The position numbers were made by a program, and so were the translations under genes. The notes under the pieces were generated by a model. The model was not told where the DNA came from. It did not search any database and worked only from the letters and a program-made list of their open reading frames with translations. A stretch of DNA of 47,365 nucleotides from Eubacteriales bacterium (GTDB taxonomy: Bacteria > Bacillota > Clostridia > Oscillospirales > CAG-272): the NCBI GenBank assembly GCA_045576195.1, contig JAZNFZ010000016.1, positions 1 to 47,365 on the forward strand. Direction: 5' to 3'. Of the stretch, positions 36,168 through 44,200 are shown piece after piece. Each line of letters starts with the position of its first letter. Position 1 is the first letter of the stretch.

Positions 36168-37018
36168 AACAGATCCATCTTACGCTGAAGGGCGAAAACA
36201 ATTACTTTACCAAGGAAGCCTATAAGGTGCTCCGCACCAACATTCAGTTCTGCGGGCAGGACATCAAGGTCATCGGCTTTACCAGCTGCCGCGAAAACGA
36301 GGGCAAGACCACCATCGTTCTGCATACCGCCAAAAGCTTTGCTGAGCTTGGCAAAAAGGTGCTGGTGATCGATGCCGATATGCGGAAATCGGTGCTGATG
36401 GGCAAATACACCAACGTGCAAAACGCCGAGGGCCTCAGCGAATACCTCACCGGCCTTACCGACTTTTCCAAATGCATCTATGCCAGCCAGTATGAAAATA
36501 TGCACCTGATGTTTGCAGGGCAATTCCCCCCCAACCCCACCGAGCTTTTGAGCAGCAAATTCTTTGCCGATCTGCTGGAAAAGGTCAAGCAAAAATATGA
36601 TTACATCCTCATCGATCTCCCCCCTCTCGGTGCCGTGATCGATGCCGCCATCGTAGCGCCTCTTTGCGACGGCACTATTCTGGTGTTCAGCAACTCCAAG
36701 ATCCACACCACCGAGGCGCAAAACATCATCTCGCAGCTGAAAACAGCGGGCTGCCGCATTCTCGGCGCAGTACGCAACAACTTTTCTCTGAATATGAGAA
36801 AATATTACAGCAAGCGGCACCAGGAAAAGCTGATCAAGGAAAAAACGAACTCCGAGATCCAGATCAGAAAGGTAGAGGATCTGCCCGAGGTAGAGGCCCC
36901 CGAGAAGGTCGAGCCCAAGCCCATCAAGCGCAGAACCACCACCGCTAAGACTCCTGCTGCGGCGAAGCCTGCCGCCAAAACCGCCGCACCTAAGAGCGGC
37001 ACCCAAAAAGAAGACTGA
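36164..37018 (+). CDS. cpsD: BY-kinase (CpsD/CapB/Wze) with a Lys/Ala/Pro-rich tail
   Basis: EAY..LRTNI, Walker A TSCRENEGKTT, A' VIDADMRK, PPNPTELL, Walker B YDYILIDLPP. Confidence 0.93.
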   Translation: MKQIHLTLKGENNYFTKEAYKVLRTNIQFCGQDIKVIGFTSCRENEGKTTIVLHTAKSFAELGKKVLVIDADMRKSVLMGKYTNVQNAEGLSEYLTGLTDFSKCIYASQYENMHLMFAGQFPPNPTELLSSKFFADLLEKVKQKYDYILIDLPPLGAVIDAAIVAPLCDGTILVFSNSKIHTTEAQNIISQLKTAGCRILGAVRNNFSLNMRKYYSKRHQEKLIKEKTNSEIQIRKVEDLPEVEAPEKVEPKPIKRRTTTAKTPAAAKPAAKTAAPKSGTQKED

Positions 37019-37025
37019 TCCTTGC

Positions 37026-37053
37026 GCGCTGCGCCCGTGAACGGGCGCAGCGC
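37026..37053. other. Strong intergenic stem-loop without a U-tract
   Basis: GCGCTGCGCCCGT-GA-ACGGGCGCAGCGC is a perfect inverted repeat between cpsD and the next gene. Confidence 0.7.
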
Positions 37054-37085
37054 AAACTTAATGAAAGAGAAAAGGAGGAAAAGCA

Positions 37086-38564
37086 ATGTCGGATGCCATC
37101 TTGCCAAAAAAGCCTCTGCCCGCTCGCCTCTGTGAGCGCTTTCGCGCCATCCGCTGGTTGGTGGATTTTCAAAAGACAAGGCTCTATCCCATCCTTTTTG
37201 CGCTGATGTGTGTCATCTCCTCGGTCAACGGTATGGCGGTCTACATCCCCATCTTCTGGCTGATGACCGCACTTGTTCTCTTTTCCATCATCTTTACCGA
37301 TGATACCAAGGTGCTGCTTGTCCCTATGTTTCTCGGCTATTATGCCGTGGGACGAGATCTTCCAATCAACTACTATGATTGGCCCGATCATTTCGGAGCG
37401 CTCTTCTCGCCGTTTTACGAGAAGGGACTTTTCCATATGATCCTTTGCGGCTTAATTATGGTCACGGCACTGCTCCTGCGGATCGTTCTCGACGGCACAC
37501 TGAAAAAATCATTTCGAAAGCGCGGCCTCTTTTTCTTTGGGATCCTGATACTCTCCGGCGTGATCCTTTTCAACGGCATCTTCACCCCCCATTGGCAGCC
37601 GATGGATTTGTTCTACGGTATGTTTATGTCGATCGGCCTCTTGGTATTTTACTGTCTCCTCTCCTCCTTCTGGGAGCATTCAAAGGATACAATCACCTAC
37701 GCCTGCCACACGCTGGTGTGCAATTCGGGCTCTGTTCTGCTCCAGATCCTCATCTGGGCCATTCGCACCCATCGGGACGGACGCTTGCTCGTCTACGACA
37801 AGGCCGGCTCCTTTACCGGCATCTGGCGTGACGCATTTTGCTTCTCCTGGGGGGTCACTACCGTCGTTGGTGCGATGCTGGTGCTTGGCATTCCTGCCGC
37901 CCTCTATCTGGCGAAAAAGTCACACCGTCCCCTGCCTTATTCCCTCCTCGCCACCCTCTTTTTCCTCGGTTCCGTTTTTATCAACACCCGCTCTGCCATG
38001 CTGGTGGGCGGCCTTGTGCTTTTGCTCGGCATCATCTTAAATTCTGTCAAAAGCAAAAACCCCACGTCAAACCGTATCTTCGCGCTTTGCCTTGCCCTTG
38101 CCTTTCTCGCCGCCCTGCTCGTTCTTCTGTTCCATTTCGGCGGAATACAAAAAATATGGGAGCTTTTGCGGTTACACGACAAGGAGGGCTCGGGGCGCAT
38201 TGATATCTGGCAGCTGGGCATCGCCGATTTCCTGCTCTCGCCCATCATCGGCGTTGGCTTTATGGCAAGCTCCTACACTACTTATAAAAACGTGTTCGGC
38301 AATATGTACCACAGCCTGCCCATTGAGTTTCTTGGTGCCACAGGTGTGATCGGCGCTATCGCCTTTTTGTTCCATTTCAAGGATGTTGTCCGCCTTACTG
38401 TGCGCCGCTTTTCTGTGGATAAGCTTATGCTTCTTTTGGTCCCCCTTATGGTCCTTGCTATGTCGCTGGTCGACAATTTCTTCTTCTACCTGCATTTTCA
38501 AATTCCCTATGCCATTTTCCTTTTGCTGGCGGAGCGCGCCGAGCAAGAAGCCGAAATGGCGTAA
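37086..38564 (+). CDS. O-antigen ligase family membrane protein (second Wzy_C protein)
   Basis: About 12-13 TMs; TRSAM, SGRIDIW......F...PIIGVG, YHSLPIEFLGATGVIG. Confidence 0.82.
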   Translation: MSDAILPKKPLPARLCERFRAIRWLVDFQKTRLYPILFALMCVISSVNGMAVYIPIFWLMTALVLFSIIFTDDTKVLLVPMFLGYYAVGRDLPINYYDWPDHFGALFSPFYEKGLFHMILCGLIMVTALLLRIVLDGTLKKSFRKRGLFFFGILILSGVILFNGIFTPHWQPMDLFYGMFMSIGLLVFYCLLSSFWEHSKDTITYACHTLVCNSGSVLLQILIWAIRTHRDGRLLVYDKAGSFTGIWRDAFCFSWGVTTVVGAMLVLGIPAALYLAKKSHRPLPYSLLATLFFLGSVFINTRSAMLVGGLVLLLGIILNSVKSKNPTSNRIFALCLALAFLAALLVLLFHFGGIQKIWELLRLHDKEGSGRIDIWQLGIADFLLSPIIGVGFMASSYTTYKNVFGNMYHSLPIEFLGATGVIGAIAFLFHFKDVVRLTVRRFSVDKLMLLLVPLMVLAMSLVDNFFFYLHFQIPYAIFLLLAERAEQEAEMA

Positions 38565-38671
38565 AAAAAGCACGCTTGGCAAATGCGTGGTGTTCTTAGC
38601 GGAGAAATGAAATAAGGGTATGGGCATAGCCCTGTGCATTTGTTAAACAAATGCGAGACTGGCAATAAATA

Positions 38672-38730
38672 CAGAAAGAGAGAGTAACACGGTTACAAAA
38701 TTCCGTGAAGCTCTCTCTTTTTCTGCTTTT
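38672..38730. terminator. Long imperfect hairpin, probable terminator of the cps cassette
   Basis: AAAGAGAGAG..CACGG / CCGTG..CTCTCTCTTT followed by a T-rich run. Confidence 0.5.
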
Positions 38731-38738
38731 TAGTTTAG

Positions 38739-38862
38739 AGTTATGAGTTTGCTATCGCAAACGTTATGATATGATTGCCCTTGCAATCTTCAACTTGGCG
38801 AAGCCAACCATAACGATGCGGAGCATCCCATAACTCATAACTTGCCCGCATGGGCAATCATA
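38739..38862. repeat. Multi-hairpin palindromic element (MITE/REP-like or structured RNA)
   Basis: AGTTATGAGTT/AACTCATAACT, CGTTATG/CATAACG and TATGATTGCCC/GGGCAATCATA inverted pairs plus four short hairpins. Confidence 0.6.
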
Positions 38863-38864
38863 GT

Positions 38865-38898
38865 TTAGCGTGATTGTCCGTTACGGACATCACGCTAA
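38865..38898. terminator. Hairpin just downstream of the convergent MBL operon
   Basis: TTAGCGTGA-T-TGTCCG-TTA-CGGACA-TCACGCTAA, about 25 nt past the stop at 38922. Confidence 0.5.
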
Positions 38899-38921
38899 GC
38901 CTAGCGTGCTTTTTTATTTTC

Positions 38922-40373
38922 TTATTCTTTTTCAAGCTCCTCTACGGGCTTGCCCACGCTTTGCTGCTTCCCTTCAAGGTCAAGCGGCAGCGTCAGGATA
39001 TCGGTGCCCTCCCATTGCAGGTAGACGGCCTTGCCGTAGTCCTTCACCATCCGGCGGGTGACGGGACTCCAGTTGGGGTCATTGTAGCGGTTGCGGTTCT
39101 TAATGTGCTCGCGGGGATCGTAATAGGGGCAGGGCCAGAAAATTGCAGGCGCCTTGATGAGATCGTAGATCTCCTTGGTGCCGCCATAAAATCCGTGGTG
39201 CGCCACCTGCACCGCATCGCTTTGCAAGGTGTCGCCATAGCGATCCACCAAAAGCTCACACTGCATCGGATCCGCATCGGTCAGGTACATATGTGTCTGC
39301 CCCTCTGTCATCACGCGGAAGACCACCGAGGTGCCGTTGAAATGCGTCGGGAAGTAGGGCATCAAATGGTCATCGGGCCCCAGCAAAATCTCAACCTCCA
39401 GCCCCTCAAAGCGGTAGACCTGCCCCGCATAGATGCGGTAAAACGCCACGGGCTCGCGGAACATCTCCCGCGTTTGCTCCATCCACACGGGCCAATCTCT
39501 TGCCCAAGAGGCCTCGCCCGCCCCCGCGCCAAGATAGGCATATTGGCCGGGGAAGTTGTGGAGCATGCGCTTCACGGTCACCAGCTTGCCGTATTTCTTG
39601 GCGAACTCAATGTAAGCGCCGATGTGGTCGTAGTGCAGATGGCTGAAGATCCACGCCGAAACCACGATCTCCCTGCCCTCTGCCATCTCAACGAGGCGGC
39701 GATACAGACAATCCACCACCGAATCGGGCTTTTGGTAGCCGCTGTCAATGATCAGAAAGCTGCCGTCTGTCAGGCGGTAAACATAGCCCATACCGCAGTC
39801 CACGGCATCATACATATGGTCACCATAAAGCATCAAAAGCGGCGTGGTGGTGTGAGGCGTGCCATCACAGATCACATCCCGGGGCGGCAGCCCAGAGGCC
39901 GTAAGATGGTCGGCCACCACGCGCAAGATCGATTCGGTCTCCACAAAGGAAATATGAAGCACGGTCGTCTCATTGCAATAGCAGGCAAAAAGGCAATGCG
40001 AAAGCTTGTTTTGACTGTATAGCGTAAAGCCCGCCTCCTCAAGCACCGCAAGATAGGCTTCGTATTCCTGCTCGCTGCTATGCTCGCGGTAGAGCAGATG
40101 CGCGCTGCCACCAAGCGGATAGCGCGCGAAGGGCTGCGGAGGCTCGGGAAAGCCACTTGCCCACAGGGCCACGGCCGCAGCATATTCCTCCGAGCGCCGC
40201 AGGGCGTGATCGTTTAGCATATCTTTGATCCTCTTGCAGCACTCAGCTGCCCTGTCGCGCTGTACTCTGGCCAGATCCTCCTGCTCCCGGATCCGATCAC
40301 GGGTGAGGGTCAGCTCGGCAATTTTTCGGTCCAGCTCCTCCATCAGTTCAATCGGCGTTTTCTGCTGATCCAT
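38922..40373 (-). CDS. Coiled-coil + MBL-fold metallo-hydrolase (ComEC/Rec2-type), last of three paralogs
   Basis: LIIDSG, WIFSHLHYDH, NGTS, YLTDA, VQVAHHG; charged helical N-terminus; GGAGGA RBS. Confidence 0.88.
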   Translation of the reverse strand: MDQQKTPIELMEELDRKIAELTLTRDRIREQEDLARVQRDRAAECCKRIKDMLNDHALRRSEEYAAAVALWASGFPEPPQPFARYPLGGSAHLLYREHSSEQEYEAYLAVLEEAGFTLYSQNKLSHCLFACYCNETTVLHISFVETESILRVVADHLTASGLPPRDVICDGTPHTTTPLLMLYGDHMYDAVDCGMGYVYRLTDGSFLIIDSGYQKPDSVVDCLYRRLVEMAEGREIVVSAWIFSHLHYDHIGAYIEFAKKYGKLVTVKRMLHNFPGQYAYLGAGAGEASWARDWPVWMEQTREMFREPVAFYRIYAGQVYRFEGLEVEILLGPDDHLMPYFPTHFNGTSVVFRVMTEGQTHMYLTDADPMQCELLVDRYGDTLQSDAVQVAHHGFYGGTKEIYDLIKAPAIFWPCPYYDPREHIKNRNRYNDPNWSPVTRRMVKDYGKAVYLQWEGTDILTLPLDLEGKQQSVGKPVEELEKE

Positions 40374-41835
40374 GATACAGATCCTCCTCCTTGAGTTCCG
40401 GAACGACCTCCGGCAGATGCTCCGTGCTCAGCGGCAACGGCAAAATGTAGGTGCCAAGGCACTGAATATACACCACCTTGGCGTGATCCTTCACCATCTG
40501 GCGGGTCACCTGACTCCACTTGGGGTTGTTGTAGCGGTCGCGGTTCACAACATTTGGGCGCGGATCATACCAAGGGCAGGGCCAAAGCACCACAGGCGCC
40601 TTGATGGCATCGTAAACCTCCTTAGTACCACCGCCGAAGCCGTGATGCGCCACCTGCACTACATCGCTTTGCAAAAGCTCACCGTAGCGCGCTACCATCA
40701 GGTTGTTGTTGACCGTTGTGCCGTCACCGAGGAACATATAAGTCTGCCCCGCAATGGTAATGCGAAGCTCAAGGGAGGTTGCATTGTAGTCGTACGGCCC
40801 CTCTCCCGGTACACAGGGCATCATATAATCCTCTTGGGTAAAGAGCATATCGATCTGCAGTCCCGCAAAGCGGAAGACCTGCCCCGTGCGCGCGCGGTAA
40901 AACCTATGCTCGCCTGCAAACAGGGAAACGGCCTCGTTAAATTTCGTAATATCGCCATTCTCGCCGTAGCAGCCCTCATAGAACATCGAGCGGTAAAGCA
41001 TCTCCTTGCCGGGGAAATTGTGGATGATGCGCTTGACCTCGATCTCCTTGCCGTATTTTCTGCCAAGCTCATTGAAGGCAAAAATATGGTCGCAGTGAGA
41101 GTGGGTAAAGATCCACGCCGACACCACAATGGGGCGGTCACCCGAAAGCTGCCGCAATCTGGTATACAGGGAATCCACCAGGATCTCGGGGCGGTGATAG
41201 CCGCTGTCGATGATCACAAGAGAGCCATCGTGCAAACGGAAGACATAGCACATACCGCAGTCGATCGCTTCATACATATGGTCGTCAAACAGCATCAGCG
41301 TGGGCTCGGCGCTGTTCGGTGTGCCGTCCACGATCTCCTCTGCGGGCACCAGCGCGGTGTCGCAAAGATGGTCCACCGACACGCGCAGCACGTTCTCGCC
41401 CTTCACGTGAGAGGCAAAAACCGCCGCCTTATCGTTGTGGTAGCAGGTGAACACGCACTTGCCCCACTCCACGCGACTATGCTGCACAAAGCCCGCCGCC
41501 TCAAGCGCAGCAATATATTCCTCAAATACGGCAAACCCCGTGCTCTCGCGGTACATCTGATAGGCGTTGCCTGCCAGAATATAATACTGGAAGGGTGCCC
41601 TTGGCAACGGGATCCCCTCGGTGATCCACCGCTCGCGCAGGGTGGGCATCAGATCTTTTTCGTTGAGATAGCAGCGGCGCGCCATTTGCGCCTTTTTGGC
41701 ATAATCGGCCGTCTCTCTCGTGAGGCGCCCGATGGTCTGCTCGCACCCGCGGCATTCCGCCTCCAGCGCCTCGAGTGTTGCCAGCTTTTCCTCGATCTCG
41801 GAAAGCATTTTCTTCGTTACCTGATTTTTTGCCAT
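40348..41835 (-). CDS. Coiled-coil + MBL-fold metallo-hydrolase (ComEC/Rec2-type), middle paralog
   Basis: Start moved to ATG 41835 (AGGAGG RBS, MAKNQVTKK); IIDSG, WIFTHSHCDH, NATS, FLGDG, VQVAHHG. Confidence 0.88.
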   Translation of the reverse strand: MAKNQVTKKMLSEIEEKLATLEALEAECRGCEQTIGRLTRETADYAKKAQMARRCYLNEKDLMPTLRERWITEGIPLPRAPFQYYILAGNAYQMYRESTGFAVFEEYIAALEAAGFVQHSRVEWGKCVFTCYHNDKAAVFASHVKGENVLRVSVDHLCDTALVPAEEIVDGTPNSAEPTLMLFDDHMYEAIDCGMCYVFRLHDGSLVIIDSGYHRPEILVDSLYTRLRQLSGDRPIVVSAWIFTHSHCDHIFAFNELGRKYGKEIEVKRIIHNFPGKEMLYRSMFYEGCYGENGDITKFNEAVSLFAGEHRFYRARTGQVFRFAGLQIDMLFTQEDYMMPCVPGEGPYDYNATSLELRITIAGQTYMFLGDGTTVNNNLMVARYGELLQSDVVQVAHHGFGGGTKEVYDAIKAPVVLWPCPWYDPRPNVVNRDRYNNPKWSQVTRQMVKDHAKVVYIQCLGTYILPLPLSTEHLPEVVPELKEEDLYHGSAENAD

Positions 41836-41836
41836 G

Positions 41837-43258
41837 TCAGCTCTCCTCCTTCGACGTGCAACCCGTTTGCTTGTGCTCGGTGTCAATGGGCATAGAGAGG
41901 ATCTCGGTTCCCTCCCACAGCAAATACACCACCTTGGCATGCTTTGCCGCCATTTCTCTGACCAGCGGCGACCAATTCGGGTCGTTATAACGGTTCCGAT
42001 CCGCAATATACTCGCGCGGATCGTAGTAGGGGCACGACCAGAAGAACACGGGAGCAGCCACCAGATCATAGAGTGCCCTGGTGCCGCCGGGATAGCCGTG
42101 GTGGGCCACCTGCACCGCATCACTCTTCAAAAGAGCCCCATAACGGTATGCGATCTTGTCACTTTCCATCTCCGTCGCGTCACCAAGGAACAGATAGGTC
42201 TGCCCCATCGAGGTCACGCGAAAGGCAAGAGAGGTTCCGTTGACATCATAGGAATACCGAGGCATCTCGTAGTCCTCAGGGCCAAACAGCATCTCCACCG
42301 TCAGATCGGGGAACTCGTATTTCTGCCCCGTATAAGCGCGGTAAAACGCCACGGGCTCGCGGTACATTTCGCGGGTCCTTTCGGTTTTTTGAAAGTAGGA
42401 ATGGCCGCAGCCCCTCACCACCGTATCCACAAACTCGCCTTGAATATTGTGGATCACGCGCTTTAGCGTTACCCTCTTGCCGTATTTCTCGCTGAATTGG
42501 AAATAGGCATCCATATGGTCGCCGTGGTAGTGCGTGAAGATCCACGCCGCGATCACGATCTCCCTGCCCTCGGCAAGCTCCACCAGGCGGTCGTAAAGGG
42601 CATCCGCGATGGTGGCAGGTCTGCTGCAGCCGCCGTCGATCAGCAAAAACGTGCCATCGGTCAGGCGAAACACATAGCCCATGCCGCAATCCACCGCCTC
42701 AAACATATGGTCGCCAAACAGCATAATGGCAGGCTCGGCGCAATGGGGCGTGCCGTCGCAGAAGGGCTCCTTGGGGGGAAGCTCTGCGGCAGAGCGCAGA
42801 TCCACCACCGCGCGCAGGATGTTCTCCCCCGACACGTGAAGCACGTGGATCACCAGTGTATCGGTAGTGAAGCAGGAGGAGATGCACCGCCCCGCCTCGC
42901 ACTCGCTGTATTTTTCAAAGCCCGCCGCCTCCAGCGCGGCCACGTATTGATCGTAGTACTTGCGTACACTGTGAGTGCGGTGCATCATATACGCCTTGCC
43001 GCCCGCGCCGTAATACTCAAAGGGGCGCGGCAGAGTCGGCACACCCTCGGTCTGCCACTCGTTTTCCACCATATATTCGGTGCGAGCGACGGTATTCAGC
43101 GCATCGTACTCGCACTCTGTCCGATAGCGCCACTGCTTCCGCGCATTTCGCACCTGATCCCTCAGCTTTATCTGCCGAGAGGACCACTTCTGCTCGGCAC
43201 TCGTCGCGATCGCAACCGCCTCCTCAAGGCGCTGCAATCTCCTTTCCTTTTCGTCCAT
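41837..43258 (-). CDS. Coiled-coil + MBL-fold metallo-hydrolase (ComEC/Rec2-type), first paralog
   Basis: Start moved to ATG 43258 (AAGGAG RBS, MDEKERRL); LIDGG, WIFTHYHGDH, NGTS, FLGDA, VQVAHHG. Confidence 0.88.
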   Translation of the reverse strand: MDEKERRLQRLEEAVAIATSAEQKWSSRQIKLRDQVRNARKQWRYRTECEYDALNTVARTEYMVENEWQTEGVPTLPRPFEYYGAGGKAYMMHRTHSVRKYYDQYVAALEAAGFEKYSECEAGRCISSCFTTDTLVIHVLHVSGENILRAVVDLRSAAELPPKEPFCDGTPHCAEPAIMLFGDHMFEAVDCGMGYVFRLTDGTFLLIDGGCSRPATIADALYDRLVELAEGREIVIAAWIFTHYHGDHMDAYFQFSEKYGKRVTLKRVIHNIQGEFVDTVVRGCGHSYFQKTERTREMYREPVAFYRAYTGQKYEFPDLTVEMLFGPEDYEMPRYSYDVNGTSLAFRVTSMGQTYLFLGDATEMESDKIAYRYGALLKSDAVQVAHHGYPGGTRALYDLVAAPVFFWSCPYYDPREYIADRNRYNDPNWSPLVREMAAKHAKVVYLLWEGTEILSMPIDTEHKQTGCTSKEES

Positions 43259-43340
43259 TTCGCAAATCTCCTTTTTGTGGATCTGCCTGAAAATCGGCGC
43301 TGAACGGGTGTAGTTTTCGGGGGGCTTCACCGTTCAATTA

Positions 43341-43369
43341 ACTTTACCACACCCCTCCCCCTTTGTCAA
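43341..43369 (-). promoter_or_regulatory. Probable sigmaA promoter of the MBL triplet
   Basis: Minus strand TTGACA-N17-TAAAGT with extended TG. Confidence 0.6.
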
Positions 43370-43491
43370 CCTAAATGGGAAATTTTACGCGGCATTTTCG
43401 GCGTTTTCACCAAATCCCAAGGGCGGTTTTTGACATTTCGGCAGCCCTCAAATTTTGCCTTTTTTCTTTTTCACTTTTTTGCAATTTGCTA

Positions 43492-43520
43492 TTGCATTTT
43501 TTTAAAAAATGTGTTATAAT
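43492..43520 (+). promoter_or_regulatory. SigmaA promoter of secG
   Basis: TTGCAT-N17-TATAAT with extended TG. Confidence 0.7.
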
Positions 43521-43583
43521 ATCTCTACATTATGGAATTTTGTGCATTCGTCACATATTTTTTCGTTTTTCGGAGGTTTGAAA

Positions 43584-43832
43584 ATGGTTATCGAGTATGT
43601 GTTGGGCATCGCGCTCATCGTAATGGCGCTCTTTCTTTTGATCGCAGTATTGATGCAGTCCGGCAAGGACAAGCGCCTCTCCGGCTCTATTGCAGGCGGC
43701 GCTGAGACCTTCTTCGGCAAGACCAAGGGCAAGCAGTGGGATAAGATCCTCTCCCGCGCGACCACTGTTGTGTCCATTGTGTTCGCCGTGACCGTGGTCG
43801 TCGCTTACGTCGTCATCTCGGGCACTTACTAA
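43584..43832 (+). CDS. secG: Preprotein translocase subunit SecG
   Basis: Start at ATG 43584 (GGAGG RBS); two TMs around VLMQSGK...LSGSIAGGAETFFGKTKG...DKILSR.T. Confidence 0.95.
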   Translation: MVIEYVLGIALIVMALFLLIAVLMQSGKDKRLSGSIAGGAETFFGKTKGKQWDKILSRATTVVSIVFAVTVVVAYVVISGTY

Positions 43833-43836
43833 AACC

Positions 43837-43872
43837 ATTCCCGCCGCTGCGCCGCAGCGGCGGGAATTTTTC
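43837..43872 (+). terminator. Intrinsic terminator of secG
   Basis: ATTCCCGCCGCTGC-GCC-GCAGCGGCGGGAAT followed by a T run. Confidence 0.85.
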
Positions 43873-43901
43873 TCACCATGCCACTTTTTTTCAAAAAAGG
43901 G

Positions 43902-43930
43902 TTTACAAAGCCCGCTTTGTCGTGTATAAT
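43902..43930 (+). promoter_or_regulatory. SigmaA promoter of the cysE-cysS leader
   Basis: TTTACA-N17-TATAAT. Confidence 0.8.
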
Positions 43931-43939
43931 AATAAAAGA

Positions 43940-44180
43940 AAGTCGATGAACGGAAAAAGGCCCCGACAAACCGCCAAAGAGAGCGCCCCCTCGGCTGAAA
44001 GGAGCGTGCGGCAGACGGGGAGATGTGCATCCGGGAGATGCAATGCCAAAAGCATTGCCGTGTACTCGCGTTAAGAGAAATCTGTTGACAGACAGCAAAG
44101 AGAGGGGGATGCCCCCTGAAAGCAGAGTGGAACCGCGGCAGCGCCGCCTCTGTACCGATCACGGTACGGGGGCTTTTTGT
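43940..44180 (+). ncRNA. T-box riboswitch (tRNA-Cys sensing) leader
   Basis: AGAGA and GGCTGAA stem I motifs; Cys specifier TGC at 44026-44028; T-box AGTGGAACCGCG (44126-44137; UGGA fits the U73 discriminator of tRNA-Cys); antiterminator CAGAG/CTCTG; terminator GCCTCTGTACCG-ATCA-CGGTACGGGGGC-TTTTT; lies upstream of cysE-cysS. Confidence 0.93.
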
Positions 44181-44200
44181 TTTCTATGGGGCAAAATCGT

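Noticed and set aside
38922-43258. MBL genes as beta-lactam resistance genes or true comEC
   Set aside because: They lack signal peptides and the ComEC membrane competence domain, and their motifs fit the ComEC/Pce-like hydrolase subclass rather than class B beta-lactamases.
38874-43303. Plus-strand ORFs of 382, 507, 210 and 268 aa over the MBL genes
   Set aside because: Antisense shadows; their mutual similarity only mirrors the paralogy on the minus strand.
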